From Bilabrum cf. latius (Eukaryota), in the NCBI GenBank assembly GCA_965178125.1, contig OZ237750.1, positions 248,001 through 312,000 on the forward strand: a stretch of 64,000 nucleotides of DNA, read 5' to 3'. Shown here piece after piece: positions 23,870 through 41,510 of the stretch. Under the pieces are notes generated by a model. The model saw nothing but the letters and a program-made list of their open reading frames with translations, had not been told where the DNA came from and searched no databases. Position numbers and translations under genes: made by a program. Each line of letters starts with the position of its first letter. Position 1 is the first letter of the stretch.

Positions 23870-26800
23870 CGGTGATCCCATGCCGGGGGCAGGGGCGGTC
23901 TAGCCAGCATTCGGCGATGACAGAGGCGTCCCGCGCTGCTGCTGCTGCTGCTGGGCCAGCGAGGGCATTTCATCGAGTGCTGGGTCGGTCTCGGGGTCAT
24001 GGATGGCCACCTCATCCGACCCATCTTCTTCTTCACCGATCGAGCCGAGGCCTCGTTGACGAGTGGCTGGGCTGTGGGCAGCGGCACCGAGCCCGACAGA
24101 ATGCGCGGAATCGCCCGACAGCGACGTCTGATGAACTCCGGCTGGCGGCTCTGTCGTCTGCCCAGCAATCGATGCTCCCCCCCTCGATGCCGCCCGGTGG
24201 AGACTGACACGGGGCGCAGCGGCAAGAGGCCTCGGCTGGGTGCGTCCGGGACTCGCAATGGCACCGATTCCCTGACTGCCGCTCCCTGGGCCCCCATGGG
24301 AGGGGTGCTCGAGGTCGAAGCGGGAGACGCTTCCAGAGGCCATTGACACTGACCCGCCCTGGTACGTGCCACTCGTCACATTCTGCACCGGGTCCATCGC
24401 TTCGTGCCGCACCATCACCGGTGGCTGGTAGCCTGCCCGACCATCCGCAGCTGCTGCTGCACCGCCATCATCGTCGTGCGCGTTGCCGGCAGCGGCCTCA
24501 ATGCGGGCCGCGCGCGCCTGCGCCCACGCCGACCATCCATCGCCTCGTACACGCCCATCGCCTCGTACACGCCCATCGCCTCGTACACGCCCATCGCCTC
24601 GTACACGCCCAACGCCTCGTACACGCCCAACGCCTCGTACACGCCCAACGCCTCGTACACGCCCAACGCCTCGTACACGCCCAACGCCTCGTACACGCCC
24701 AACGCCTCGTACACGCCCAACGCCTCGTACAGGCCCAACGCCTCGCACACGCCCATCGCTTCGAACACGTCCATCACCGAGTGCACGTCCATCACCGAGT
24801 GCACGTCCATCACCGAGTGCACGTCCATCACCACGCCATCCAGCTCTGCCACGGCCATCACCATGCCACCCAGCTCTGAGACGGTCAGCACCACTCCCTC
24901 CTGCTCTGCCACGACCATTGCGTCGTCCACCCCTTGTTCTCTGATCCTGGCCAGAGGCCACACCATAGAAAGCACGGAAGCCCTGGCCACCCCTGTCCGC
25001 CGCCCCACCCTGCTGTCCGCCAAATGCAGCCAGCCCGGCAGTAGGACCTGCCTTGCGGAGTGCCGCGTCGATCAGCGGGTCATCGGACCGGGGACCCAGA
25101 GCCTGCGTCGCGTCCGCCTCCCAACGCTTCAATCGGCCCCCTGATGTCGCAATCTCGGACTCATCGGCCGGGCGAGTCTACTTGTACGCGAAGAATCCCG
25201 CCCCGGCCACCAGAGCCACCGCCATCACAGACCCCAGCACAATCGTGCTGATCAGTCCGTCTGGCAGCGGATCATCCTTGGGGTCACCCCCGAACTGCTT
25301 CTTAGGGTCGTCCACGATCTCCAGGTCAGACACGGGCGCGCACTGACCTTGCACTGTGCCAGACTGGCAAGCACCCACGATGCGAGCCGCGATGGCAGAC
25401 AGCTCGGCAGCCGTGCCCCCAGCCACCTCGATCCGGAAGTTCACCTTCAGCTCCTGCTGCTGCTGCTGCTGCACCTGCAGCGCATGGCCGGACACCAGCC
25501 CCATCCACGCCATGGCGCCCCTCGCAGCCGACCCCAGGCCCTCTTGCACCCAGGCCCCAGATGTACCCAGTGCTCGCCTCCTCCTCCTCGTGTTGTTCCC
25601 CGACACCAGCTCCACTGACGTGATGAACACCTGCGACTCGGACACCCCCGCTGCCTGGGCCACGTTCTCCCTGAAGCCGCGACGCTCCTCAGAGCCGAAG
25701 TCCTCCACTGACGTCACGTTGAGCGACACCGAGTACTGGATGAACGGGTCTGACTCAGCGCTGGGAGCCGCGCACTCAGCCACATTGCACGCGCGATCCT
25801 CCGATACACGAGTGCAGAAGTCCAGACCAGCCGATGGAGACGCGCCTGTGGCGTTTCGACGGCGAGTCTGCACGCCCCCGCCACACGGCACATCGCATGC
25901 GTCGTACGCCGACCACGCAGAGTACTGGCACGTCACCAGCTGGCACCGCACCGGGTCCTCGGACCAGCTGCCGCCCAGCTGGCACGACGTCACCAGTGGG
26001 TGGCCCTCTGGCTGCGGCAGGTGCTCGGCATCGCACGAATACTGGCATGATGGTAGCCCATCCTCGTTGTAGGCGCACATGATGGAGCCGTTCACTGGCC
26101 GGGACAGGGCGGGGCATCCGGAAGCCACGGACACGAACTGCGCCCCTCTCGTGGCATACCTCACTTGCCCGTTCGGAGCCACTGACAGAGGGGGGGCGGG
26201 CTGCTTTGGATCGGGAACGGGGGTATTTGGGTGTGGCCTTCTCCACACGGGCTGCCCCGACAGCAGGTCCAGTGCGATTGCCTCCTGCTGCGTGTTCAGC
26301 AGCACCACCTGCCCGTTGCTCACCGGCGTGGACGCAGTGGACACCAAGTTGCTCTAACCGCCCTCCGTCTGGCCCACCACCTCCACCCAACGGGGCACCA
26401 AGGGGGCTTCCGAGCTGGGCCCCGACTGAAGCGCGAACTGCCGCCCGATCGAGTCGCCCACCAGGATTGTCTGCTCCATGCTGCCAGGGAACAAGGCCAG
26501 GCCGGGCGCCCCCTGCACTGACACAAACGCGCCTGTGATATCCTCGCGCGGAACCTCGAACAGATCGCGCGGCGCCGGCGCGTGCTCCCCGAGATCGTAG
26601 CTCAGCACCAGCCCGCCGCGCTCCGCCCACGCGCTGGTTGCGACCAGCAGCCGCCCGTACAGCTCGTCCAACACGGGGCCGGCCACCACAGGAGCAGCTA
26701 CCGACGGGTGGCTCGGGCTCGTGCTGCTGACCCACAGGTTGCATGACCCCACTGGCCCCTGCCCGCACTTGGGCGGCTCGCTGCCAGTGGCACCCTGCAC

Positions 26801-28860
26801 GCACGCGCTGCTCGCAGACTGGAACGCGCGCATCGCATACACCGCCCCTGCAGACGTGGCTGCGTACACGGCGCTACCGTCGTGCTCCACCGCCACCCGG
26901 CCCACGAATGGGGACCCGGAGTCGGATATGCACCGCCACTGCGGCTGGCCCGTGGCTGCGTCCAGCGCCACCAGGGTCGACCCGAACGAAGCGAAGATCG
27001 ACGTGCCGCTGGGCTCGGCCGCAGCCGAGGATGAGGACGAGGACGGTGCAGGGGCAGACGGTGACGGGCCCGGGGTCGCAGAGGGCTGCTTCAGTTGGCC
27101 GGTCCTCATCTCCTCCTGTGCGGCGTCAAAGTCGAAGAACACCGGGCTGCCCGTGGCCCCACTGCTGCTGCGGTAGTTCCACAGAGACCCCGCAGAGGAC
27201 GGGTCCATGGCCAGCAGCAGCCGCTGGGACCCGCCCGTGGCCGCCAGCAGCACGCTGCCGTCAGGGGACAGCACGGGGGCGATGCCGCGCGGCGCCCCGG
27301 CCCCCAGGTTCCGCACCCACGCCGGCTCCACCTCAGTTGCCGTGTGTCGGAGAGCGTACATCAGCCCGCCCGCCGTCAGCACGAAGCTCACCGTGCCGTT
27401 GGCAGACACCACCGTCCCGGAGTCCACGCTCCTGGACGCCCGGCTGCCTTGCTGTGCGGGGAGCAGGAACGACTGCGCTGCAGTGGCGAAGTCGGTCACG
27501 TTGCCGCGGAAGAAGCCCGTGTTCTGCGCGTCTCTGCCGCTGGGCCACCCGTTGGACGTGGACGGCGGCACTGGGGGCACGGGCGAGGGGGAGGGGGCGG
27601 GCGGGGTGGGGCTCGGCTGGGGTGTCGGGGTGGGCGCGTTGCCCACGATGTCGTAGTTCAGCACGTACGTGTCGTTCTTCAAGCTGGAGTAAGCGATGCC
27701 CACCTGCACCCAGCCCAGCTTGCCGTGGAAGTCCTTCCAGTTGCCCTCGTCCACGGCGGTGGACAGCCGCAGGTTCAGCACGGGCTTGTCGCAGTACGGC
27801 GTCACGGGGTTGCTGAACTGGGTGCCCGGCGGGATGTTCCGCACAGAGCTCCAGTTGAAAGCGGGGTCTTGCAGATCCTGCAGCGATGGCCCGCGATTGA
27901 TTCCGCGCACGCCGCCCAACCGGTTGAAGTCGAAGAAGGAGAGGCCGCTGCCGGCCGGAACAGTGCTCGGCGCGTCCTCATCTTCGGCCCGCGTGTCCCA
28001 CAGGAGCCACTCTCCTGCCTTGCCATCCACGTACTCTGCATGCCCTCTTGCATAGATGGACTCGCCATTCAGCAGCGTGTTGTACCAGGACCCCGTATCA
28101 TCGGCGCCTTCCAACGCCGTGTACACGCTGATGTACCAGTCAGGATCGCCGGAATCCAGTGGAGTGCGGCTGGTGCTGAACCGAACATACTGCAATTTTC
28201 AATTGTATTTCAAAAGGACGAGGAAAGATGCATGGTTGATCCATTCTACTTGGAGCAGCGCGAGGTGACAGCCTGGAAACCACGAGTCCCACCGCCAACC
28301 TGAATCGGATCCCATAGCCTCATGCAGATGCGTTTGATTCTCACCTAGATGTCACGTACCGTTGTGAATCGACCAGTTAGACCTGTACCAAGCTTTGTCA
28401 GCCCGGGCGCCAGGTCAATGTAGGCCTGCAATGTTGGAATGCACGTTGATTGGTTCAGATTTCTAGTTCGCGCTATCGCTATCCAGCGCGCCACGTCCCC
28501 CCTGAATGAGGCCACACATTAAGCAAAGATGCTATCGCATATTCTCACTTTCTCGGTTGCATTGTTGATAAGGGAAGTGCTTCCGGAGCTCTGCGGGGGC
28601 GCGCCATCAGCCACCTCCAGCGAGTATGGCACTGTGGACAGCCCGGGACTTCCACCCTGGTTGAAGCTTGCAACATTCAAACCAATAGTAAAATTGACGA
28701 CGTGCCCGACTTCGGCTTCAGCCACTCTCTCGGTGAAAACAGGGCTGCCAATTTGTTCACCCAACCCGAATCGTTCTGCACGTTCTGCAGCTCCCGGCTT
28801 GCAAAAGGCCGTAGCGGCAAGTCCAGCCAGAAGAGTGACTACTTGAGCCACACACTTCAT
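23024..28860 (-). CDS. Large type I membrane protein, copy 2
   Basis: Near-identical core to copy 1, inverted; start MKCVAQVVTLLAGLAATAFC; track ORFs 26354, 25178, 23900 and 23030 share one frame; ends TGA. Confidence 0.8.
23619..23696. repeat. (TGTGCC)n microsatellite encoding poly-QA in copy 2
   Basis: About 13 units. Confidence 0.95.
24535..24830. repeat. 18-bp coding tandem repeat (GVGRVR / GDGRVR / GDGRAL)
   Basis: (CGCCTCGTACACGCCCAA)n and variants, more than a dozen units. Confidence 0.95.
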
Positions 28861-29984
28861 TGCATGGACCAATTTCGAACTCCAAGCAGTGAAGTATATC
28901 CTGTGAGGGGTAGAGCTTGAGCATAAATCACGGATGCTCGTACCAGTGCTTGCGGGGAAAGTAAACAATACAATTTCACCCAACAAGATGGCTGTAATTG
29001 AGGTCCAGTAGTGTCGCTGAAATTAAACTTGAGGTTTATTGCAGAATCGGATCTTACAATATGCTCAAAAGCCTTGTATACAGTGGAGAGCTGAGGCTTT
29101 GCCCGTCCTGGAAAGGTCTTTGGGTGAGGATCTTAAACCGACACTCCGAGTCGTCTACACAGCACCCTAATCTCGCAGACAGTCACAGATGGTTGCAGTT
29201 GGTTCCCTTCGAGAGCCCATCTTCAAAGTTTTGGAAAGAAAACTGGCGAGCGTTACCCCTTGATTGCCGCTCAAGTCTGATTGTGACCTCCCAACTTCCT
29301 CATCCGCATGTTGTCGGGTGATCCGATCCCTTGATCCGAGTGGCTGGTACCAACGCGTGTACGTCCACCTGCCCGGCCTGTGCCTCTCCCTTTCAATCCG
29401 CCGTATCAACCAAATGACCCCACCAATCATCATCTCGGGCAGGGTCAGCTGTTCTTTCGCGAACGTTCAGCTGATACTGAACGCCGAGCAAGCATTACAA
29501 GATCTGCCTGGGGATGTAGTGATTGAGTCAATTGATTGAGCCGGTTGCAGGGAGCCGTTCCCCTGAGACGATGGGGCGCACCGGCCGTGCCGACAAGGGT
29601 CGCGGGAGGCTCTGCTGGCCGTATCCGTGATAGAGAGCATATCGTTTATTCCAGGGTGCTTCGGTCTCGACGTATTGTCGTATTCTTCGATTTGTGTTGC
29701 CTAGAGTGTTGCGAATCATACGGTTGCGCTGCTAATTGTCGGAATCATCACAGTTAGCACAGGTCAACCCAGTAGACCAGGTGACTCCAGAACGGCGGGA
29801 GTCTTCCCCAGGTCCTGTGCCCCATCGCTCTCTTTCTCAGCACCATCAATTGGTGGGTCTACACATTCGTTACTGAACTCCAAGCAAGCATTACAAGATC
29901 GCTCCACTACTCCATCACCCGCTTGGTGAACCGTCACCCCTCTCTACTCCGCACGAGGCTCGGGAGCGGCTGGAGGTCGGCCTG

Positions 29985-30620
29985 CACACTCTTCAAAAAA
30001 GCTCGCACGGAGTTGGGGCTGTCCCAGCCACCACACTATTACAGATCCAGGATCCCAACACCCTAGGCATGCAGAGCCGAGGCCGCCGACCACGAAGAAA
30101 GTGACCAGTGACAGAGGGATGTCCCGTGGCAGCCTGCATCTCCCGCGCCACCCGCGCCGCAGACAGCCCCGAGAGCATATGGGAGTCGCCGGAACCCCCC
30201 GCCGGGCCGGATGTCAACCATGCGTCGAGCGCTGCCGCCGAGGACGCCCCGGTGTGGCACCTGAGCCAATCGAGGAAGACCCGACGATCCCATGCTTGCC
30301 CCAAACCAATGGGAGGGCCGCCGCGACGGAGACGATCCGACTCTTCCGGCTCTTGGTTGGTGCAGAGCTGTGCAGGGAAGCTGAGGATCCGACCGGCCGC
30401 GTCACACGTGAGCTGGCAGGACCCCCTGCAGATACCCCGGCTGGCATCGGACGGGTCGACGGGAACAAGCTCGCCCAGCTGGAAGCCCCCCACAAAGCAG
30501 AGACCAGCTGCGGCCCATGCCGCGCTCCAGGTGTCGACGGCGAACCAGGCGCCAAGGGACCGGAGTGGGATGAGCGCCTTGGAGACGATCTCGGAGAACA
30601 CCGCCCGCAGTACCAAGGAG
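29985..30620 (-). pseudogene. Degenerate DIRS/Ngaro tyrosine recombinase fragment
   Basis: AAWAAAGLCFVGGFQLGELV and VTGHFLR parallel AARAAVCLCFCGGLRLGELV and VHGHSIR in the intact recombinase at 52 kb; catalytic Arg lost. Confidence 0.6.
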
Positions 30621-31213
30621 ATCCGCAGCAGTCATATGAATTGCGATCTGAGAGTGATGGATCATTCTACTGGCTGGATCCTTTGTATTTCACGAATGTA
30701 CATAAGCTAAAGCAATACCAAAAGCAAAAGCAAAAGCAAACCAAGCGAATTGCGCCCTCGCATCCCCAGATCCGGATAGAACATCATCCAAGCTCCAAGG
30801 GAACTGACACGTGAAGCACCAAATTGCTTCTCTCCGCCATGCTCAGGTCTACGGACCGCTGCCGCCACCTTGCGGGCCACTGGCATCGCCAAGACGTCGT
30901 CCTGGCGAGCTGCCGGGCCCACGGCGCCCCTCGATTGCAACCCGAGCACCGAGCACCGCCGCAACAGTATCATCGAGAGATCGCGCAACGCGACCGCCCC
31001 CGCTGCTGCGATCAGCTCCCCACTCCCAGTCGCTGCCGAAGCTCGTTGTACGGGGCGCCAGGCCAGCACCACCACCTCCAGCGCCAGGGCCCGCGCTCCC
31101 AGTTCCGCGCCGAACGGTGCTGGCACCCATCGGACTCCTCGTAAGGGTGCGCGGCGCCGCGCCTGCGGAACCAGGAAGTCCTCGGAAGGCGGCGCTGTTG
31201 CGACCCTCCGTAG

Positions 31214-36404
<5,191 letters not shown>

Positions 36405-36883
36405 TGCATGGACCAATTTCGAACTCCAAGCAGTGAAGTATATCCTGTGAGGGGTAGAGCTTGAGCATAAATCACGGATGCTCGTACCAGTGCATGCGGG
36501 GAAAGTAAACAATACAATTTCACGAAAGAAGATGGCTGTAATTGAGGTCCAGTAGTGTCGCTGAAATTAAACTTGAGGTTTATTGCAGAATCGGATCTTA
36601 CAATATGCTCAAAAGCCTTGTATACAGTGGAGAGCTGAGGCTTTGCCCGTCCTGGCAAAGTTCTTGGGTGAGGATCTTCAAGTTAAACCGGCACTTCGAG
36701 TCGTCTACACAGCACCCTAATCTCGCAGACAGTCACAGATGGTTGCAGTTGGTTCCCTTCGAGAGCCCATCCTCAAAGTTACCAAGTTCTTCCACTTACT
36801 TGGTTCATATTGAGCAGTTTAGTATAGCCGCCAGAACTGGGTTGAGCGGGTCCATGCAGGGATCGGGAGCGGCTGGAGGTTGG

Positions 36884-37480
36884 GGGGGGGACAACGGTGG
36901 TGGTAGGTACACCAAGCGTTGAGGACGAGGGCTACGCTACGCTCGCCCCTCCTTTAAAGGCATATTTAGCAACTCAAGTGTTTTCCCTATAAACCTAGAT
37001 GATTTCCCAAGGGGTTCCCCAAGAACCCCTATAGAACCCCTCTATGTACCCATTTTCAGATATAAAATTTACTCCTACGAAGTAGGGGTAAATTGAAGAA
37101 TTCTAATCTTTATCCCCCTTATAAACTCTAACAGCAAAGACAGAGATGTTTTAGTAAAGTAGGAAAAAATGAAGAAATTAACCAAGTGTCAAAAACCTCT
37201 CTGTGTTTGCTGTAGGAACGAAAGGATGAATTCCCAAGAGACCAAGAGACCAACCGAGGATTTTCCCAAGAGAACAAGGTATTTTATCAAGAGAACAAGG
37301 TAGTTACACCAAGCGACAAACCGATGAACCGACCGATGAACCGACCGATGAACCGACCAAGGATTTCCCAAGGATTTCCCAAGGATTTCCCAAGGATTTC
37401 CCAAGCGACTAAATTGTTCTCCGAAGCAACCAAACCGATTACCCAAGAGATGATACATTATAAGGAAAACGAAAACATAT
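36884..37480 (+). repeat. Left terminal inverted repeat of element 2
   Basis: Reverse complement of ~59366-59957; shuffled shared blocks extend to ~37780. Confidence 0.95.
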
Positions 37481-37966
37481 TTTAAGTCCCTTTGGAAAAG
37501 TCCCCCAAAAATTGAGAGATTTTACAGGTCAATTATAAGAGACTTAGAAAAAATAAATTAAGTTCCCAATTAAAATTAAATGTTGTAATTCCTATGATGC
37601 CACCATAAAAATTAAAAGGAAAATAAAAAACAAATTATAATTGTTTTCCAATTAAAAACACAAAAATTGATTGAAAAATTTTGACAATATAGGATACAAA
37701 GAAATATTAAAATTTATTTTCCAAGATGCTCGGGCTTTGCCCTCCGCTCTTTTGATATCTTTTTCAAAGATTGGATTTCCCAAGAGATGATAATTTAAGC
37801 CATTCTATATCACTATAGTAAATGAACCCATTTTTAAAGGAGTTGATGATAGAGCATATTGTCAAGCAAATTAATCCACGTATTTGGAAAAAATTACACG
37901 AAAAACTAAAGGAATACAAGAAGCTCGGGCTTTGATATAAGTAGAAGACTATACTATAAAGTACTT

Positions 37967-38251
37967 ATGAAGCCACATACCTACGATTTTGAAAAGGTTG
38001 TTGAAAATTTTCAATTTAAAGCACCCTCAAGACGCAAGAATAAGAAGTATGATGTTTTTGACGAAAATGATGAATATATTACATCGTTTGGTGATAGGCG
38101 GTATTAGCAATTTTACGATAGAATAGGGTATTACAGCCATTTAAATCATTTAGATACGGACCGCCAATTTAGATACTTCAAACGACACGATATCGAAGTA
38201 AAACCAAGAACCCCAAAGTTCTTCTCACATTTTTACCTTTGGAGTTCATAA
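37967..38251 (+). CDS. Conserved small viral protein, 94 aa
   Basis: SRRKNKKYDV..FGDRRY(Q)QFYD..HLD..RYFKRH..FSHFYLW, a motif pattern I recognise from giant viruses and virophages. Confidence 0.7.
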
Positions 38252-38782
38252 ATGACACGTCAATAAATACACTAATTCATCAGGATTTAATGTATGTTTC
38301 TTACAAACCTTATCCACCCACTTTTTATACTAATTAGCGTTTTTCGCTCTATTCCAAAGACGAACTATACAATGTCTCCCGCAGGTTGCTATATCCATTC
38401 CATCCGCCTAAAACTAATATGGGTTATAGTCAATCTTATACGGAGAATGATACATTAAATAAATTAACTCAGGGTCTTCATAAAAACGTTTCCGCACGCT
38501 TTCACTCATCGTACTCTATTGCCTATCAGGACGAATTCCGTAACTGTCAAAGAAGTATACAGTACCCTTACGCTTAAATAAGCACACCCAGTGTCCAGAA
38601 TTTATTTCTTCTTGGTATAGAATGATACAACAATTACAACGACTAAATAATCCATCAATACTATTGTACTATCCTAATTCTGTATATGGAACGATGTTTA
38701 CCGACGTAGGAAGAAACCCCTTAATATTTGGTGGATTTTGGAGGAGAACACGAATATCACTATCGCTAAGAGCATAATCCAT
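38246..38782 (-). CDS. Adenain-like maturation cysteine protease, 178 aa with TAG=Gln
   Basis: GHWVCL (His), FFDSYG (Asp), YNPY(Q)F(Q)ADGMDIATCGRHC (Gln, Cys); ends TGA; missed by the ORF track. Confidence 0.9.
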
Positions 38783-38972
38783 ATATTTATTATATACATA
38801 TATATTGGGGGAGATAAAAACATCTCTTAACCATTATTTATGCGTAGAAGTATTTCTACAAAATCCGTTTTGGAATTTGTGGACAATATGAAAGACAATC
38901 ATTCAAAACAAGTTTTCAACAAAAAGATTAAACACTTTAGAAAAAATAAAAACATATAGTAAATACACTAAA

Positions 38973-39875
38973 ATGGCACATTTTTCTTGGAAGGAAACTA
39001 CAAAATCAACACCCATCGCATACGATACACACGGAAAACGTATTTTATACACAGCGGAAAACACAGACAACCAATTTGGAGATGATAGTGTTACATTCTA
39101 GGATTTTCAAGTATCATCACTTACAGGGAAAAGATTTCCGCAGAGGAAAATGGATTTATTAGCACGACACTTAATCAAACAGGTCGAACCCCTAGACGAA
39201 GACATCAAATACTTGTATGAAAAAGCATAGGAAAAGAAACATAAAGAGATTACATTAAAATAGGGTGAATTCCAATCATTACCAAATCCAAACGGAAGAG
39301 AGGTAATATATATCACCGCACCATCAGGTGCTGGGAAGTCTACTTGGGTTTCCAAGTATGCTAAGAATTATCATAGAATGTTTCCAAACAGGAGAATTAT
39401 TTTATTTTCACGAGTATAGTAGGATAAAGTCTTAGATGAAGTGAAAGGACTGAAAAGGATTATTTTAAATGAGGAACTGGTGGAGAACCCGATTGATATT
39501 CATTAGGAATTAAGGGACGCCTTAGTAATCTTGGATGATATTGATACAATCAAAGATAAAAAATTAAGGGAAGCCCTCAATCATTTACAGGATGAAATAT
39601 TATAGGTTGGTCGCCACTCAAATACTTCAGTATTAATCACAAGTCATTTATCCACCAACTATAAAAGTACCCGTATTATTCTTGCGGAAAGTCATAAGTT
39701 CGTTATATTCCCTTAGTGTTCTTCCGCACATTCTCTAAGGTATTTACTAAAAAATTATATTGGACTTGAGAAACAAGAAATCTCTAAAGTCCTAAAAATG
39801 CCTTCTCGGTGGGTTTGTGTTCATAGGAATTACCCGAGGTATTTAATTGGAGAAAGGTAGGCTTACCTTCTATAA
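38973..39875 (+). CDS. FtsK-HerA family DNA packaging ATPase, 300 aa with TAG=Gln
   Basis: YITAPSGAGKST (Walker A), LVILDDID (Walker B), IL(Q)VGRH, ITSH, ESH, SRWV; ends TAA; missed by the ORF track. Confidence 0.92.
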
Positions 39876-39904
39876 TTTTGGTCAAACTTGTTATAAAAGT
39901 TTCT

Positions 39905-40144
39905 TTAAATAATATTCTATTCTCTTATATACCGACTTGCTTGAGGTAAACTCATACCAGTCTACTACATCACCATTTTTACAAGTTTATTGCGGCGTTT
40001 CATTTTGGCGCTCACTTTCCGCTTAGGCTTACTACGGCCTTTCCCAACTTTAATATGATGGTTTTTAACTCTATTTAAAGCGTCTTGTTCTTTCTATAGC
40101 GCGAGTTGTTTGGTTCTCTATATAATCCACTTATCAATATCCAT
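39905..40144 (-). CDS. Small basic protein, 79 aa, putative virion core protein
   Basis: VGKG..RRNKLVKMVM(QQ)TGMSLPQASRYIR; ends TAA. Confidence 0.6.
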
Positions 40145-40207
40145 TATACTATACACAAACACTTTTTTTTATTTTTTGGTCAAGCTTTTTATAAAAGCTT
40201 ATAGTAA

Positions 40208-41470
40208 ATGAAAACTGCTAAAGTGAATGCTCTTATTCAGCAAGCCCTAGAGAGGGAACTGGACAATGCTAAAATGTTAGATTTACAGGCAAGGGACGAC
40301 GTAGATTTAGAAACAGAATATAGTGATTTTATAAGGAAAAGGGCAAAAATTGAACGATTAAAAGAAAGTGGAAGGTATGGAACTCCAGCGTAGAGAAAAT
40401 AGGCAGACCAAAGCAACGAGGAAATCATATCTAAATCAATATCTGGTATAATGAAAGGTATTATTGAGGGAAAGAACGTGTAGCCAGCCGTGAAAGCGTT
40501 AAAGGATTTTGTTGGTAATATCAATATGTCTCCACAAATGAAGCAACAACTCGCCCGTCAATACGTTAACATAGAGAGGTTTCAAAGGAAAGGATACGAA
40601 GGACTGCAGAGAGTTCCAGCTGAGGATAGAAAACAACTCTTAGAATTAGGAAAAGTTATTTAGGACGCATCCGGAAAAAGAATACCGTAGGGAATGTTGG
40701 GAATTGATTTCCAGCAAACACCTATGAGAACACCAACAACTAACACATTTCAAGAAGATTTTGGAGAATTAGAAAATTCTACAGAGAGTTTAAACAGGAG
40801 ATAGAGAGGTCAAATTTTACGACGAGCACGCGAAAGGATTTCCAAAGGACAACCACTTTCATAGCAACAAAGTAGGATATTGGAAGAAGAATAGGGACAA
40901 TAGTTCTCACGGAGAACTGATGGACAACAATCTTTACTTCAACATTTTCCAGAACAGAGTGGGTCATCCAAAAGTAAAACTAGCGAAGTGGATGATTTAT
41001 TAAGGAGCATACAAGGAGAAGAAAGGGGGCAAGCTATTGACGACGACGACACAACAACAGAAAAAGTCACCTCAGTTGCTTGGAAAAGTCCCGCAAGACC
41101 ACCCGGGTTTTGGGAAGGTTCGCCGATGTTTAAAAAAAGAGAGGGAAAACGATACAGACCCGAGGGAGGTCCAACGGAAAGGCCGAAAATGGACTTGGGA
41201 AAACGGGCAAGCAAACCTGTAGAACGTTTTACCGGATTTTCTCCACCGCACGGAATAGCACAACCTGGTTCTATGTCTGTAAAAGAAAGTAGAATACCGA
41301 TAGGAAAACCAAGAGGGAAAAAGAAGAAGAAGACCGGAAAAGGATTACGAGGTGGAAAAAGGATTATCTATGATACAGCAATGAATGTAGCCAAGAAAGT
41401 AAAAGGAACCACTAAAGATATTCATCATTAGGTTGCTATGGAAATATTACATCTTTTAGGAAAAGATTGA
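40208..41470 (+). CDS. Hypothetical protein, 420 aa, putative core protein
   Basis: One frame through TAGs linking track ORFs 40208 and 40988; basic KKKKTGKGLRGGK segment; ends TGA. Confidence 0.7.
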
Positions 41471-41510
41471 CGCAACCTGATAAAAATTATTTCTGTGGAT
41501 ATACTATAAA

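Noticed and set aside
25178-25180. TAG as Tyr or as a true stop (TAG in copies 2 and 3 aligns with TAC in copies 1 and 4)
   Set aside because: One site against two CAG/TAG swaps, the protease catalytic Gln and Gln-rich contexts; best read as a Tyr>Gln substitution, though it remains a caveat
37189-37458. ORFs inside the TIRs (also 59449-59652)
   Set aside because: They derive from 11- and 12-bp tandem repeats whose copy number differs between the two TIRs
37822-37935. 37-codon ORF after a CTATAGTA leader
   Set aside because: Plausible but too short to support without homology or expression data
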